Shown: positions 38,701 through 52,864, numbered from the stretch's first letter. The stretch: DNA of 64,000 bases from Octopus bimaculoides (GCF_001194135.2 NC_068983.1:61286934-61350933); one strand, 5' to 3'. The notes: a model not told the origin generated them from the letters alone. Program-made: numbers and translations.

Positions 38701-41089
38701 AATATGTTGGTTCTAGAAAAATAAATAATTGAGCTACTTTAACAGATTTAAAGAAATGTAATTATATGCAATATCTAACTACATATCACCATTGTGAAGT
38801 AGAGGGAAACTTGATTCAGCACCTTAATGTAGAAGTAACTTCTGTTTAGAATTTTTATATAAATAGGATTTATTTCCTTATGAAAAATAATATAATTGAA
38901 AGTTATATATAAAAGTTATGCTCTTGCCAATGAAATAATTTTTGAAATATATTTAACTTCAAATTAAGTTTTACTTATCTAACGTATATAATAATGGAGA
39001 ATATTATATGATTTATATAGATATTGGGTAATAATCTCCATTAATAATAAACTAAATTGAATGATTAAATATATGAGTAATCATCGTACGTTAGTACATA
39101 TAAAACAGTTATTTAGTGAAGATTTGCAATTTGGTACTTTTAAAGTTTATATGAGAATTAATTAGGTGTATAATTTAGTATTTGGGAAGAACCAAATACC
39201 TTTTGGACAATCTGAAATTTGCAGGAAGAATTGAAAATATCTTGAAGACAGAAAGGGTAAAATCAATCATAATACTAAAATGTTAATATTTAACAGTTAA
39301 ACTGACCAACAGAAACCTGGATATTTAATTTGATAAAGAAATTCAGTATCATGTGGGCAGTACAATACAAAAGCATCTTTGAGACATTAATGATAACTCT
39401 ACACTTTCAAACACTCAAGATTAAGACATAGTAAACAATAAATTTGATCCATATTCAGAAAATAAAGTCATACACAATATAGTCGGGTCATGATGAATGT
39501 TGACCCTGTAGTGTTAGAGAGTACATGCATACCAGGCCAGAAAATAACAATGATTTCAGTTAGTTTATACCAATTAACTTCCCTACAATAGTCATCTGGG
39601 ATTTTCTTTTAGATATACAAATTTAAAGAGTAACATTGTATTAGAAGGTAAATATTTTGTTTGAATGGAGAAGGGTCATTGCTCATCAACTTTAGAGGGT
39701 CTTTAATGTGAATTTCTGTTGCTGGCTATCTGTAGGGAAAGATTTCCATAAAACTGTAGTTCTGGTAAGGAATGATTATAAATTGTTCACTGCAGAGTTT
39801 GAAGAGAGCATAAGTTCAGATACGAAAGTGAAGAAATATGGGTGCATCAGATGGGCTTGAATATAATTGATGTGTACCTTGTAAGTTCACAAAAGCAGAA
39901 GCTGTTGTTGTAACAGAAGAATTAAGATGGAGAGTTCATATAGAATTGGTAGAAAGCAGAGAGACTGAGTCTATTGATTAAGTGATGTGATCATATAACA
40001 CCCAAAAGTACACTAACTGTTCACATGAAAATATAACTTCAATCCAACAATGTAAAGACAGGTAAGTAAAATACCTTCAGTTAACTATGAACTGTTATAG
40101 GAACAGGATAATTCATATTTGCAATATAAGAAAATAAAGATATGAAATAGATGGTAAAAGATAGCTAATACTAAAGGTTAATAGTAATTAGATCAAAAGG
40201 CAGGCAAGATTGTATGTTATTAAAACCTTATGTAAATTTTATATAAAAGCTAACTGCATATAAGAGGAGCTTAATTAGAAGTAGTAAAGGTAGAGAAGTT
40301 ATGTCATTTTATATTTATTGTCTTAATATTTATTTTCCCTTGTTAGAATAAGTGGGCCATGCCTGTGTATACATTAAGTCAATTGCAGTTATTGCTTCTG
40401 CATATATTGGTTGATGCTTTTCATGCTCAGTATTCTTCGAGCTCACTGGTTCATTACTTTTCATGCAAGATAATGTTCACACCTAATGAATCAAACCTGA
40501 TTTATTCTTTTTCAGCCTCTGAAGATCTTTCACCTTCAATACTCTTACATCATCATACTCTTTCCAGGGTTTGAAACAAACTTTCTTTTGTTTAGAGGTA
40601 AATAAAATCTCTTTATTTCCAAAAGCTCATTGAACTTTTTCTTAAAGAGGAGCAACAATTTTGATCATTGTGGCCAGATCTCACGAAGGCAGTTTGCATA
40701 GACAACATGGCATAGGACTGACAAAGTCAATAATATACCATACTACACTCCTTCTAACCTTTGACAACGTGAAGAAATGAATGCAAAAACAAAGTTACAT
40801 TATGATGAATTAATCAATTTTCTAATCATCTCATAAAATTACTCTATATAAAACCAATGAATGGTTAATCATATTAGCTTAGAGAAAAACGCAAAAGACA
40901 AAGTGGTTACATTCATACTCATCAAATGAGAATTAGCAATGTAAATTCAATGAAAAATAGATTACAGACTTAGTTTAGGAGGACTTAACTTCTATTGCAT
41001 CTAATCTATTAATAGTGATATACAAGGTACATACTAGAAAACCTTTTTAGAAAAAAGTGACAAATTATTAGTTTATCCTACAGGACAAA

Positions 41090-41610
41090 GGGACAGCTGA
41101 TCGAGTTGGATATCATTAATATCAAAGATGGAGTTGCTTCTAATATAGAGTTGAATTAGATGACATACTTCAGATGCTGGTGTTGCAGTTCTTTAGTTTT
41201 CAACTTCTTAATATTGATTCCATTTGGGTTTCAATAAAATAGCCAGATTTATACTGGCATATTGCTCACATATCTGGGATGACGCTGTTATCACACATGT
41301 GAACATCTTAGCCCACATCCAAGAAAAAGTCATTCAGATGCTTCTTTCTTTCTTTGCTACCTGGTTTATGGTTATCTCAACAACTGCTTCTGAGAGCTAT
41401 CAAGCTGCATACCCCTTCCAGTTGCACATGATTCACTTGTCTCATTTCTTCTCATTATCATCCCTGAGTTTCAACATTTAGATCCTACACTAAATCATTT
41501 TTACAATCATTCCATCTAAAACTGCAGCCCTTTGGAATTCTCTCCCTTGTTGAATTTTTCTCTAGAGACATTCACTACATAACCAGAAACTCAAAATAAA
41601 CAGCAACACT
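41090..41610 (+). mobile_element. Decayed CR1/L2-type LINE 3' fragment
   Basis: IARFILAYCSHIWDDAVITHVNILAHIQEKVIQM resembles IRP.LEYCSHIW...LDR.Q.KA.R. Confidence 0.6.
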
Positions 41611-44042
41611 ATTGATCTCATCACCCTAGTGCTGTATCCAAAGGGCATAATCACTGCTCCTTCTTTGACTGATTAATAAAACAATACATAAAATTGTGTG
41701 TGTTCCTTAAAAAATTTATTAAATTTGCAAAAATAAAAGTTTTAAATGAAGTATATGTTGTTATTAAATTTAGACTTGGAAACTATTTTAAGGAAAGATG
41801 ATGCCAGGGCTCAAGCAAGTAAATTTGAGAAAGAATAGATACATTCTACGTTCCTTTTAATGTCACAGGCAATCTAAAATTAAAAGTGTGGCAAATAAAT
41901 GAAGATTGCTAGACTAATAAACCAGCTTGTAACAAAAAAGGTTAGACTAAAGAAATTTAGTTTTTGTTGTTTCTTACTTTCTCCATATACTCAGTATTAA
42001 AAGAATTGGTTGATCATTTGTAGAAAATATTTTCTAGTGGGAAAGTGAGAAAACAGAAGAGCTGTTTTAAGATCCATTTTGTGTCTTCATTATTGAAATA
42101 TATAATTCTTATATACCTTGCTTAGAATGAAATATTTTACATGCTCACAAGCTGAATGTATTCATAATAAATATTACTAGTTATCAACAATAAAGAAATA
42201 TTTAAAGATAGAAACCAGTACATATGATTATTAGAACTCTGATATTTGAAAACAGAACACAAGGATAAATGCCTGTGATACCAAAGTAAAGATTGAATAA
42301 AATTTATGGCAACAAGTAAGTTTAACAATAAACTATTGATTTATTAAGTGCAAATTATAAAAAGACAAATGATTTTTACAAGTAGGGGAAAGTGTTTTAA
42401 ACATATTTCAATGAAATATAAAAATATTTGTATATAGATATGACCAGTGTAACAAGAAACAGGGACTCTCCTAAAAACAGACACTATCTTACAAACAGGA
42501 TATTGTTGATAACCTATTAGAGAAGAATTAATAAAAAATGATTCTTAAAGTAAACCAAGTATTGCTAACAACAAATTTTACTAGTAATTGAAAATAAAAT
42601 ATAATTATGAAATACTATTACCATTAAAATATAGATGAAAATAAATCCTTCAAGGAATGTATTGCTTTGAATGCAATTTTATTGTATACTAAGTTGTAAA
42701 GAGATGTTTCTCAACAAATAACAAAGCAAAGTTCCTATATTTAAGCAAGCAAAGCAGAAAAGGGACAAACCTTTATAGATTTTCATCTCTACTCATAATA
42801 ATATCAGAATTTAATCTAAATATCTGAAGAAAGGAAACAGAGTAACTCTGTTTCATGGGTCCTCCAAATATTGATGGCTGAGATAGTTGATATGATTTCT
42901 GATAAATTTATATTAGTGTCAGTTAATATTTAAAAGAAATCTATGAAAGGAGTTATTGCAAAGGGTGGTTCCAGAGAAAGGAGTGGATAAAAGTCAGAAC
43001 GATAGAAGATAGGCTGATAAGATTTCTTTAAGTGGGGATAATACATAACAAACACATTCAAAGGAAATATCAATGGCAGTATTTCTAGAAGGGTGATAGC
43101 AATGAGGAGCCACATTTGTCCAGGAAAGGAAATGAAGGCATTTTTTGATTGGGTATTAAACTGAAATCAATTTCTCGTTAATATACTTATTTATAAATCT
43201 GTTTTATTTATAAGATACTTCCAAAACAATGAAAAAATTTACAAGTTCACATAACATGCTTATTTTCACTTGAGTTTTACTGTATATTCATTTTCTCTCA
43301 ACCTCAATTTATATTACTTTTTCCAAATGTTAGCATGTGGATAAATATTTAAAAATTTGCAAGAGAATAAGGCTTTCCTAATAGCTGTAGATTCACTATA
43401 AAATAGGACTGCAAGCTTTATTTAAATATCTTGTGAAGAAAAAAAAAGAAAAAAGAAAAACGAAAACTAAAACAAGATTTCAATTAATTGTCAAATGACT
43501 GACTATATTGAATTTCAATGTTTTTTCAGTCAACATTTATCATGTCAATATATTAGTTATGTACTTAACACATAAGGCCTTTAATTTAACATCTTTATCA
43601 ATGAAGAAAAGAATATTCAACTATAGCACATATGATATCAGATTTGATGCCACTGGCAGAAATTTAGACCTACATTGATTTCCATATAGAATAATCAGGA
43701 TTTGCATGGTAGCACTACAGTACTTATACTTAAAATACCATTACTAATTTTGTTAATGCAAAAATCCCTACAATATGATCATCTAATTCAATTATTTTAA
43801 AAATAACTTCAAAATTTGATAAGAAATAATGTTGCTTTTTTTATGCTTAACTCATATTATTAAATATAAGAAGAAAAGTAAAGCAGGTAATAAAATTAAT
43901 TTAACTGTTTTCAGAACATCTATCTATCTCATGCTAACATGGAAAAAAATGGATGTGAAATATATTTTGAAAAAAAACAACTGAATATTGTTAAAAAGAT
44001 ATAGAAAATGTGTCTCATGTTATAAATACAAATCCCCCTTAC

Positions 44043-44149
44043 CTTGCTGTTAGCTAGAAGAAACCCAATACCATCCATGCACACCTGGAGTAGCCCTCCT
44101 TGTCCAGACCTGAGATCTTGTACAGGAAATTCACCGCCAATGTCAGGCC
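44043..44149 (-). CDS. MADD: MADD exon, 107 nt (GPDIGGEFPVQDLRSGQGGLLQVCMDGIGFLLANSK)
   Basis: atttcag / AAG|gtaagg; phase 1 to 0; GGEFPVQD motif. Confidence 0.97.
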
Positions 44150-44574
44150 CTGAAATTTAATGAAATGATTTTCTAGTTTTAGGATATTAGTCTTTTTTTT
44201 TTATTGTTATGTTCAGACTGTACAAAAAAAAAAAAAAAAAAAAAAAATCTGTTGAATTCCATTTAACTGCAATTTTCATATGACTTTGTTTTAAACCACA
44301 GGAGCTTTGTCAGTGTAAATTTTGTGAACCAATTTTATAAGAATTTGTAGCAGCTATATTTCAGTAGCTGGAAGATAAGGTAATGAGTTCTTGAAGAATC
44401 TTTGGTCAAAAATGAAAATTAGTTGAATTGATTCTCATATCAAGCTGCTGAAGCTCCTATGGGATATCAACAGGGTCTATTTTCACAGTTAAAATCAAAC
44501 AGCACAGCCCATGCCAGAATGGAGAATGGACATTAGAAGATAACGATGATAACAGTATATAAATCAATCAATCA

Positions 44575-44712
44575 TTATCATCATCATCATTTAACCTCCG
44601 TTTTCCAGGCTGGCATGGGTTGGACGGTTTGACTGAAAACTAGTAAGCTTCACTGGGATTCCAATCTGATTTGGCATGATTTCTACAGCTGGATACCCTT
44701 CCTAATGCTAAT
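44575..44712 (-). mobile_element. RTE-tail element fragment
   Basis: catcatcatttaacctccgttttccaggctggcatgggttggacgg...ctggatacccttcctaatgc. Confidence 0.8.
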
Positions 44713-45007
44713 GTACATATTTATTCATAAGCATATAAACATAGTGTTGGGAGAAAATATATATATATATATAATATCTGTCTCATAACAGCCAATTTAT
44801 TTTACCAAATAAACATTTAAAACTGTTATGTTATGGAGTATATTTGGCGCATTTATATTGATATCAGCACTAGCTAGGTGACCACGTAAATTGTAAGACT
44901 AAGATACATCCACCTTATTCACCACCTTACTATCACCATGCTGGCTTAACAAAAACCAAGTTGTGCTCCACATAACATTTTTACATGTACATTGCACTTA
45001 CAGTTTA

Positions 45008-46147
45008 TATTGGCTTTGCAAAAAAGTAATTTTGTTTTTTGCAAATAGATAGAGTTACAATATTTTTTAATGACTTTTGTCAATGTTATGACTTTTTCCC
45101 TTTTAACATTTTAGAAGCAAATTGTGCGTATTTTTGTTTACAGTTGTTAGTTCAGTGTCAATTTTAACATGGAGTGCAAAAACGAACATTTTCACCATAT
45201 TTTGCTTTTTTATTTCCATAAAGGCAAGAAAGCAGCTGAGTTTATGGTGTTAATTGCTTAACAGAATGCACATGTCAGAAATGGTTTAAAAAATTCCGTT
45301 CTAGAGATTTTTCACTCAAAGATGATCAACGTTTTGGTTGACTTACTGAAATTGATGATAACTGAATAAAAGCCATAATGGAATCTGATTGTCATATAAA
45401 TAACTGTGCCAGAGATTGCAGAGAGGTTAACTGTATCACACACAACAACTGAAAATCACTTAATGAAATCGACCTTTTTTTTTTTAAACGAATCATCATT
45501 GGTGATGAAAAATGGATTGTCTATAATAAGATCAATCGAAAACGATTATGATCCAAGCATAATGAACCAGCACAAACCACATTTAAAGCTGAATTGCATC
45601 AAAAAAAGGTCATGCTGTCAATTTGGTGGGATTACAAAGGTATGTATTTTGAGCTGCTTCCAAGGAACCAAACAATCAATTCAGATGTTTACTATCAACA
45701 ACTAATGAAACTGGAAGAAGCAATCAAAGAAAACTGGCCAGAATTGGCAAATCGTAAAGAAACAGTGTTCTAACATGACAATGCTAGACCACACACATCT
45801 TTGCTAACTTGTCAAAAATTATTGGAGCTTGGTTGCAAAGTGATGTTACATCAACCATATAAGCCTGACCCTGCATCATCAGATTACCATTTATTTCAAA
45901 GTTTGCAAAATTCTTTCAATGGTGAAACTTTCAATAATGATGACTTGAAATTGCACTGGCTTCAGTTTTTGGCTGATTAGAACCAGAAGTTCTATGAGCA
46001 CAGAATCATGAAGATGTCAGAAAACAGAAAAAGGTCATCAAACAAAATGGAAAATATCTAATTGATTAAAGTTCATTCTTTGTATGAAAACAAATGACTT
46101 TTATTTTACACTAAAAATACTAAAATTACTTTCTTGCCAACCCAATA
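45008..46147 (+). mobile_element. Mariner (DD34D-type) transposon, defective, internally deleted
   Basis: Imperfect TIRs (tattggctttgcaaaaaagtaatttt / aaaattactttcttgccaacccaata). Pseudo-ORF 45169-46069: MECKNEHFHHILLFYF..., IITGDEKWIVY, KKVMLSIWWDYKG, HDNARPHTS, PYKPDPASSDYHLF; contains stops and frameshifts. Confidence 0.93.
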
Positions 46148-46539
46148 TTATATTGTGCACAACTCAACTTCTGTTTATAACTGAGAGAATACTCCTATAT
46201 GGATTTTGTTTAATTACATAACTCTTCGACAATGACATGTACTTACATATATGTGTGTGATCTTGGATTTATGTACATGTGGGTACACACATGGATACAA
46301 AGGTTTCAATGGACTACTATAGTACAGGCCTCGTACATATATCACGCATGCAAGTAACTGTACATACAATCCAATACAATTGTAACAAACAAAGATATTC
46401 TACTCACTTTACCAATACATTTGTGTATACTTTGCCAATACATGTGTCTATTTGTAATGCCTATTGGATAACTTGTACCACTTATGACAGACATTTGATA
46501 TTAGCAGCAGCCAACAGGACATCATCATTATTTTATGAT

Positions 46540-46720
46540 CGTTTTCCTATACTAGCCATGGCTTGGATGGTCTGACAGGATCTAATGAGCCACAGGATAG
46601 TGTTAAGCTCTAGTGTCAGTTTTGGCATGGTTGCTATAGTTGGATGCCCTTCTTACCACCAACCACTTTACAGTGATTACTGAGTGATGTTTTTGTGCCA
46701 ATCGCACTAGTGAGATTGCC
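46540..46720 (-). mobile_element. Degenerate RTE-tail element
   Basis: ttcctatactagccatggcttggatgg...ggatgcccttcttaccaccaaccac. Confidence 0.55.
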
Positions 46721-47520
46721 AAGTAACTTGTAAGACAAAAAATGAATAGGAAAAAGCCACCTTGATTGATTGGAGGTGTGTATTTGAGGGGAGGGGAGGT
46801 GGCTTTAAGCCAGGTGTTAAGAGATTAAAATATGATAATGGGACAAGTGCAAGTGTTTTACTATAGAGGAGATATATAGTTACCCTGCACTATATAAAGG
46901 TGGGCTGCAGCAGTTGGAAAGAAGATGAAGATAGTGGCGATGAGATACCAGAGCAAACTTTCAAGCTACAAGAAGGTGAGAGAATATGAATAGTAGATTG
47001 AGGGGTTGGGGAGAAGGTGGATGATTTCATAAGGGTGTCAGAGGAGAGTAACAGAGGGTTAGAGATGGGAGAAAGAAGTGAATATATTGAGTGTCTTCAA
47101 GCAATCTTTAGGCGCTGAGTACATGGCTTGGTGGTCACATGTTATTCAACTGACAAATAGAACCCTGACAGATGCTACAATTCCAGATCAGTAGACCTGG
47201 CAACAATAGTGGCTAAGAGGTAGTTCAACGCTCCTCAAAACTCTGGAACTCCCAAACTAGAGTCCCACTACCAGATGCAAGGGCTTATAACGGTTATATC
47301 ACAACTAAAATATTTTATTTTTTGCCAACATTCTGAGGAGTTTAGCTGTTGTCTCATTTGAAACCTGTGCATAAAAGAGCATAAAAATACCAATAGTGTT
47401 TGCTACATTTCTCATTAAACACATACACACTTTTTTGTAGCATTATTTTTGAAAATTAGAAAAAAAGATGAGTAAGTAGAATTTATGAAACTGAACATTT
47501 TTAACGTGAGTTGAACCTAC

Positions 47521-47593
47521 CTGGAACTTTACCATTATTTCGAGCGGCAGCCTTGTCCATAGTTTCTTTTACACAAAAATACAGTTCCCGGCA
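47521..47593 (-). CDS. MADD: MADD exon, 73 nt (CRELYFCVKETMDKAAARNNGKVP)
   Basis: atcag / CAG|gtaggt; phase 0 to 1. Confidence 0.96.
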
Positions 47594-48576
47594 CTGATAT
47601 TAGAAAACAACTATATAAGTAATTTTTAAATCACAGCTGAATATTGTGGAATATATTTACATTATATTTATAGGGTAATATAACAATTATACCAAATATT
47701 TTGCACAACCAGTGTAGATGCTGAAATGTTTTAATTAATTTGACATATCTGAAAATGTGTCTCATTACTGCTAGATGTTTGAAACAAAAAAACATGTAGC
47801 AATAAAATGTGATAGAAATAGAGATCAAGATATATTAAAGTAGTTTTTTCATGAGTTTCAATGTATAATATCTGTATCTCAGCAGAAACATAAAAAAAAT
47901 CTCAGTAGGTTTTTGAATTTATTGTTATTTTTCTCATAATTTCTTTATCGTAGAAGTAAGAAGCCGTAATATTCATAACTCTCCAAAAGCATTTTTTGGT
48001 TTAAGTGAACTGCATCTCTTGAAAATTGAAACCAGTCAATGTCAATTCTTAAGGAGTTTAACTTTTGTTCTACAACCATATCTATGATATAAATATTGTG
48101 ATTTCTTCTTATATCTTTTCACTACCATATTGGGGATTCTTTACATAGACATGAAGTCACTACTTTGTAGTATAGTTGATGCAGCCAACTCCAAGATATC
48201 ACTGATCCTTATTTTATTGACTTAAGAAAGACAAAGTCAACCTTGCAAAATTTAAACTTAGATGAAACTATGAATACTCTGGTGCTCTTATGTATCTATC
48301 AATCCACTGCATTGATAATGGTTTCTAAGGGGCCAGGAAGTTTGAAGAAGTGATGAAGAAGATCTGCCCACTATTTGACTGGTAAACAAGTGTTATAATT
48401 CTTTCTGCTCTAATGCCTAAGGAAAATAATACAGTATGTCATCTCTTTTATTAATTGGATGAGTTGAATTATAGTTAGAGTTTTTTTTTCCATCAAGTGC
48501 TTTTAATCAATCCTTATATTTGTTACATTTGTGGTACATATAAAAATAAAGAAAACTATTTACTGTTAAGTTTTAC

Positions 48577-48741
48577 CTTTTTAGTATAGAACTGATTAAG
48601 ATGTACGCGTTCACCATATTTTCGCCAGAGACATAAAACTTTGGTTTTTGGGCAATAAGTCATGTTGACCAGCTTCTCATACCACCATCGATCACAAATT
48701 GCTCCTGTAACACTGCGTAGGATAATGCAGTCATCGCATAC
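48577..48741 (-). CDS. MADD: MADD exon, 165 nt ([55 protein letters not shown])
   Basis: ttatag / AAG|gtaaaa; phase 0 to 0; hallmark [20 protein letters not shown]. Confidence 0.98.
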
Positions 48742-49590
48742 CTATAATAGAACATGAGACATTTAACTGAATTAAATAGTTTACAGAGCTAACATTTCAA
48801 ACAACAAATCAAAGTAAATTTATGGCAGACTGGATTAAAAAGCTTAATAACACCTGTTAATCACTCCTCCCTCAATCACCTCTGCATATCCCTGCCTTCT
48901 TCCTATCATAATCTTATTTCTTCCACTCCTATCAGTCCTGTTGTCACTGTTCTTTCTCTCCAGTCATTTTTTCCAGTTACTTGTACAGAGTATGTCTTAA
49001 TTTATTGAATACTCTCTATACCTACTTTTATTCTCCTATCCTTACTTATACCTATTTCTGTCATTATTGTTCTCCTTTCCAAATTCACATTAACTGTGAA
49101 CAAAATCCCTCTACCACCTATGGTTCACACTGTTAAGTAGCTGGCTTCTATTTGGTGTTTCAATGAGACTCCACATAATGATTACAGCACAACATACTTG
49201 TATTTGCTAGTGAAAGATGTAAATATTACATAATTTATGATATTAAAAAAATACAAACTAAATTTCCAGTTTTATTCTGTTTTGAACCTACATTGTGTAA
49301 ATTATTCAAATGTAAAAAATAGCAAAAGCAAATCAGAGGACAATTTATGTTTAATACTTGATTGGAATTTGATTATACATAGATTTACATGGCGTTCTAA
49401 AGCTTTGGTTGACTGTTATGCTAAGTCATTTGAGATAGCAATTCTTCAATAAATAGGTACATAAAAATATGTTCACACACATACACATTTTCAATACTAT
49501 TTTTGTAGCAAATAAAAATCCAATATATCTAATTTTGTATGTAGAGTATGAACAGATTTTAAAAGTCTTACAATGACAATATCTATAATA

Positions 49591-50021
49591 CAGGTCGTCC
49601 ATCAACTTACAACCTATCTGGCTTATGACCAATCGAAGCGCTAGCTCCCAGCAACAATAATAGATAGTCCAGTTGAAATCTAATGGGTTTAATTTCTCAG
49701 AAATTAACCCGTCTATGGATGATGTCAGCTAACAAACACTTCCCCTAGGTTCGGTAATTGATCGCCACTGTGTTGGATGACTATCCTGTTGTGGAGACAT
49801 CGAGGCAACCTTGAATTCGTTTATAAGATGACTGCTTGAGACTCTGAAATTTTTGACTAATGCCAGTATAATAGTATAATGCAGAATGCTGTGTGTGAGT
49901 TTTACTTGAAAATGTACCTTAAGAATATAAAAATACAAAACAAAGCTATGTAGGCCTATAAGCGGCCAACTTACAACCAGTCAGTCGGAACCAATTGTGG
50001 TTGTAAGTCAACGACGACCTG
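49591..50021. mobile_element. pogo/Tigger-like MITE, 431 bp, TA target-site duplication
   Basis: TIRs caggtcgtccatcaacttacaacc / ggttgtaagtcaacgacgacctg, TA on both sides, subterminal acttacaacc repeat. Confidence 0.88.
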
Positions 50022-50298
50022 TACTACTTAAAACCTTACCCAACTTAAAACAGAGAAAGAAGTAGCTCACATAAGGAATTTTAAAAGTTATAAAATACTC
50101 TGAAGATTTATGAGAAATCTTTTGTATTTTGTGCTATTCAAATTTCAAGATGACATTTTTCTTGTAGTTATTAAATTTATTGTGTTCATTAAAATTTGCT
50201 GGAAAAATTGAATGGAAGATAATTGACATTATTATATCACTGTATTTCATTGAAACAAAGCCAGATCATTATGTGTTTCTATATCATATATGGCTTAC

Positions 50299-50406
50299 CT
50301 CCATAAACAACATATCCCCTGTATTGTCACTGCCCCAATGTACAGTGAATGACTGTTTCTGCATGAGTCTGCTGCCCATGGGTTTCAGATCAATATCATT
50401 GCCATT
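50299..50406 (-). CDS. MADD: MADD exon, 108 nt ([36 protein letters not shown])
   Basis: ttccag / GAG|gtaagc; phase 0 to 0. Confidence 0.96.
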
Positions 50407-51479
50407 CTGGAATTAAAATAGAAAAGGTAATTTTATAACGGTAAAATGTTTAAATTATATTTGAAATTTACAATAAAATTATGAAGTCATGAATAACTGA
50501 TACCACATTAAGTGAAAAATTCAAATCCTCTACTTTCTGAATAGCTCTTAATCTATACATATCTGGATGACATAACAGCTATTGTTTCAAATTTGAATAC
50601 TCACAAGTATTAGTTCCCATCATAACCAAGATTATCACCTCTCTTTCTAAAATGCATGTTAGTACATTTAAACTTATTCTGATTTTAGAAACCAAGCAAG
50701 CTTTTTATTCTTAATCTTACACTCTTAATCTCTTCTTTCTCCCTTTTGACAACTTATTAATGGTATCTGATGAACTGTTCGAATCTGAAAATAACACTTC
50801 AAGGAGATATCCTTTTCCCTCCCTTATTTATAAATGGTATTTTTCAGTAACAGTGTAAGATTTTGAGAAGCACCTTTCAGATAAAAGATTTTGATCTTGG
50901 TTGCAGGAAGCTCTTTAAATGTGTCTATAATGAAGACATCCCAGTTAAGCTGCCCATCTTAGCTAGGATGTCCTCATGTGGACTCTGTTCACCTCTCATC
51001 TCTTAGAAAATTTCCTGTTAGACTATTCCATTACAACTTCTGTTAATGGGTTTATCTTTGGCCTACATTCTATCGACTCTGATGTACCTCAATATTCAGG
51101 GTGTCACTTTTTCTGACATATATTGACCAATTTGCTGTTACTTTTAATGGCATTCTCCATTGCATATGACTACACTCTATATGCACAGAAATAAATCATG
51201 TCTAATCTGCATGACATTTATAAACAAATTCAAAAGCATACTTCAATGGGGACATGGCAACCTAGTCTTGTTCATGAGCATAAAAACACAAATCCTACAA
51301 AAACCAAGTAAACAGTTAGTTTTGTGCACTATCCTACACAAACATGTAGAAAAAACACAAGAAAAGTCCTCAAATAGGAACAGATGCTTAGCTTCATAAT
51401 CCATGGTGATCTTTATTTAAAATTAAGACTATATCACAAACAAGGCTTCTGCAAAACTAAAATCACTTATTACTGATCA

Positions 51480-51930
51480 GTTGCTGACCCTCTATAAGGT
51501 TTAAGACCTACATTAGAGTACCGCTTACATATTTGGGATAGTGCTCTTGCTACACATATACAAACATCCTACATCACATTCAAAATACGAGGATTCAGCC
51601 ACTTGGTAAAGATTCACTCACCAAAAACCTACAAACACTGTTTCACAGACACAACATTTCTTTTCTTAACCTTTCTTCTGCTTTTTCATTGGTTTTAGTC
51701 TTTTAAAAGAGCTGGATGCATATCACCTATACACTGCCTCACCAAATCCACCTGCCTCGCTTCTCTTTATAATAGTTATCTCAAGTTCTCAAGATCAAGT
51801 GCCATGTCTCACTCCTCAGATTCTGTACCAAACATTGCCCAATGGTTCCTCTCAATCCTTTGCAATTTCTGTATTTTTCTAACAGGTACTGATAATATTC
51901 AAACTGAACATTAGTCACTTTGATTTCACT
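51480..51930 (+). mobile_element. Decayed CR1/L2-type LINE 3' fragment (same family as 41090)
   Basis: RPTLEYRLHIWDSA...DSLTKNLQTLFHR...; degenerate frame. Confidence 0.6.
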
Positions 51931-52864
51931 AGAGTGGGAGAGTTTAAAAGAGTAAAGTTCTTTCTTCTCTGACTAAAAAAAAGAAAAATGGGATAACTAA
52001 CTAGAGCTGTGAATATATGCAACTGTATTCTCCACTCCGACCAATGTAGGAATTCTTTCAAACTACAGCACCATAATTCTTCTCTTTGACATTATCATTA
52101 CATAATTAAATTCCTTCAATCTTACCTATTTAAAACACCAGAAAACTAGATTATTTGAGATCTACTGATCTATGCAATACAAATTTACTTTTAATCTAAG
52201 AACTATGTTGAAATTATGGTTTCTTAATACATGAGCATAGCCTTTAAAAGAAGTGTAATATCCAAACCTCTTGGTCAACTCCTTTAAAAGAGTTTGGGAA
52301 AAGAACTAATCACTTGTTCTGAGCCTTTCTATTAGATCTACTCAAGCAGAGCTGAGCTAGTCTGTTCTTCAACAAAAACAATAGTTCTTAACATTTCGAC
52401 ATGTTTTGAATAGCATTATTTCAAATCTTAATCTTAACTCTTGCTCTAAATAGTTTTTGACCTTTCCTCTATCTTAAATATCCATTACTACACTGTACTG
52501 ATCTCATATATGATTTGATAACTTCTTTTGATTTCTGGTACCCAAAATCATACTCATCAATCAATAAAACCCACTTTACTGAAAATATTCAATATCTGGA
52601 CCATTGTTGATTTGTATTCTTTCTCTACTTCATTACAGTTAAGAAAATCAATCTTTCTGCTTTTCACTACCTACACTAGTTCTTCAAACCAAGTGGTGAA
52701 ACAAAGTTAGTTTTGAAGAAGACATTAAATAACCAACAATAAATACTTTTAAAATGAATGTTACTTTATGCAAAGTTATTACTGTGAGAATATTCAGTTG
52801 ACATCTTTTATTAGGGTTTATTATAGGTTAAAATGTGGAGAATTCCCAAATTTTGAAAACTTAC

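Noticed and set aside
42117-42151. 35-nt AG...GT segment (CEHVKYFILSK in phase 1) that could mimic the ANSK exon
   Set aside because: Weak pyrimidine tract and donor, no homology, and a stop in phase 0; likely a pseudo-exon.
50605-50784. Two exon-like segments (50721-50784 and 50605-50646) with good splice signals
   Set aside because: Both hit stops in the required phase 0, and the flanking MADD exons already join without a gap in homology.
50765-50795. CTGATGA...GAAA hammerhead-like spacing
   Set aside because: Stems I-III do not pair.
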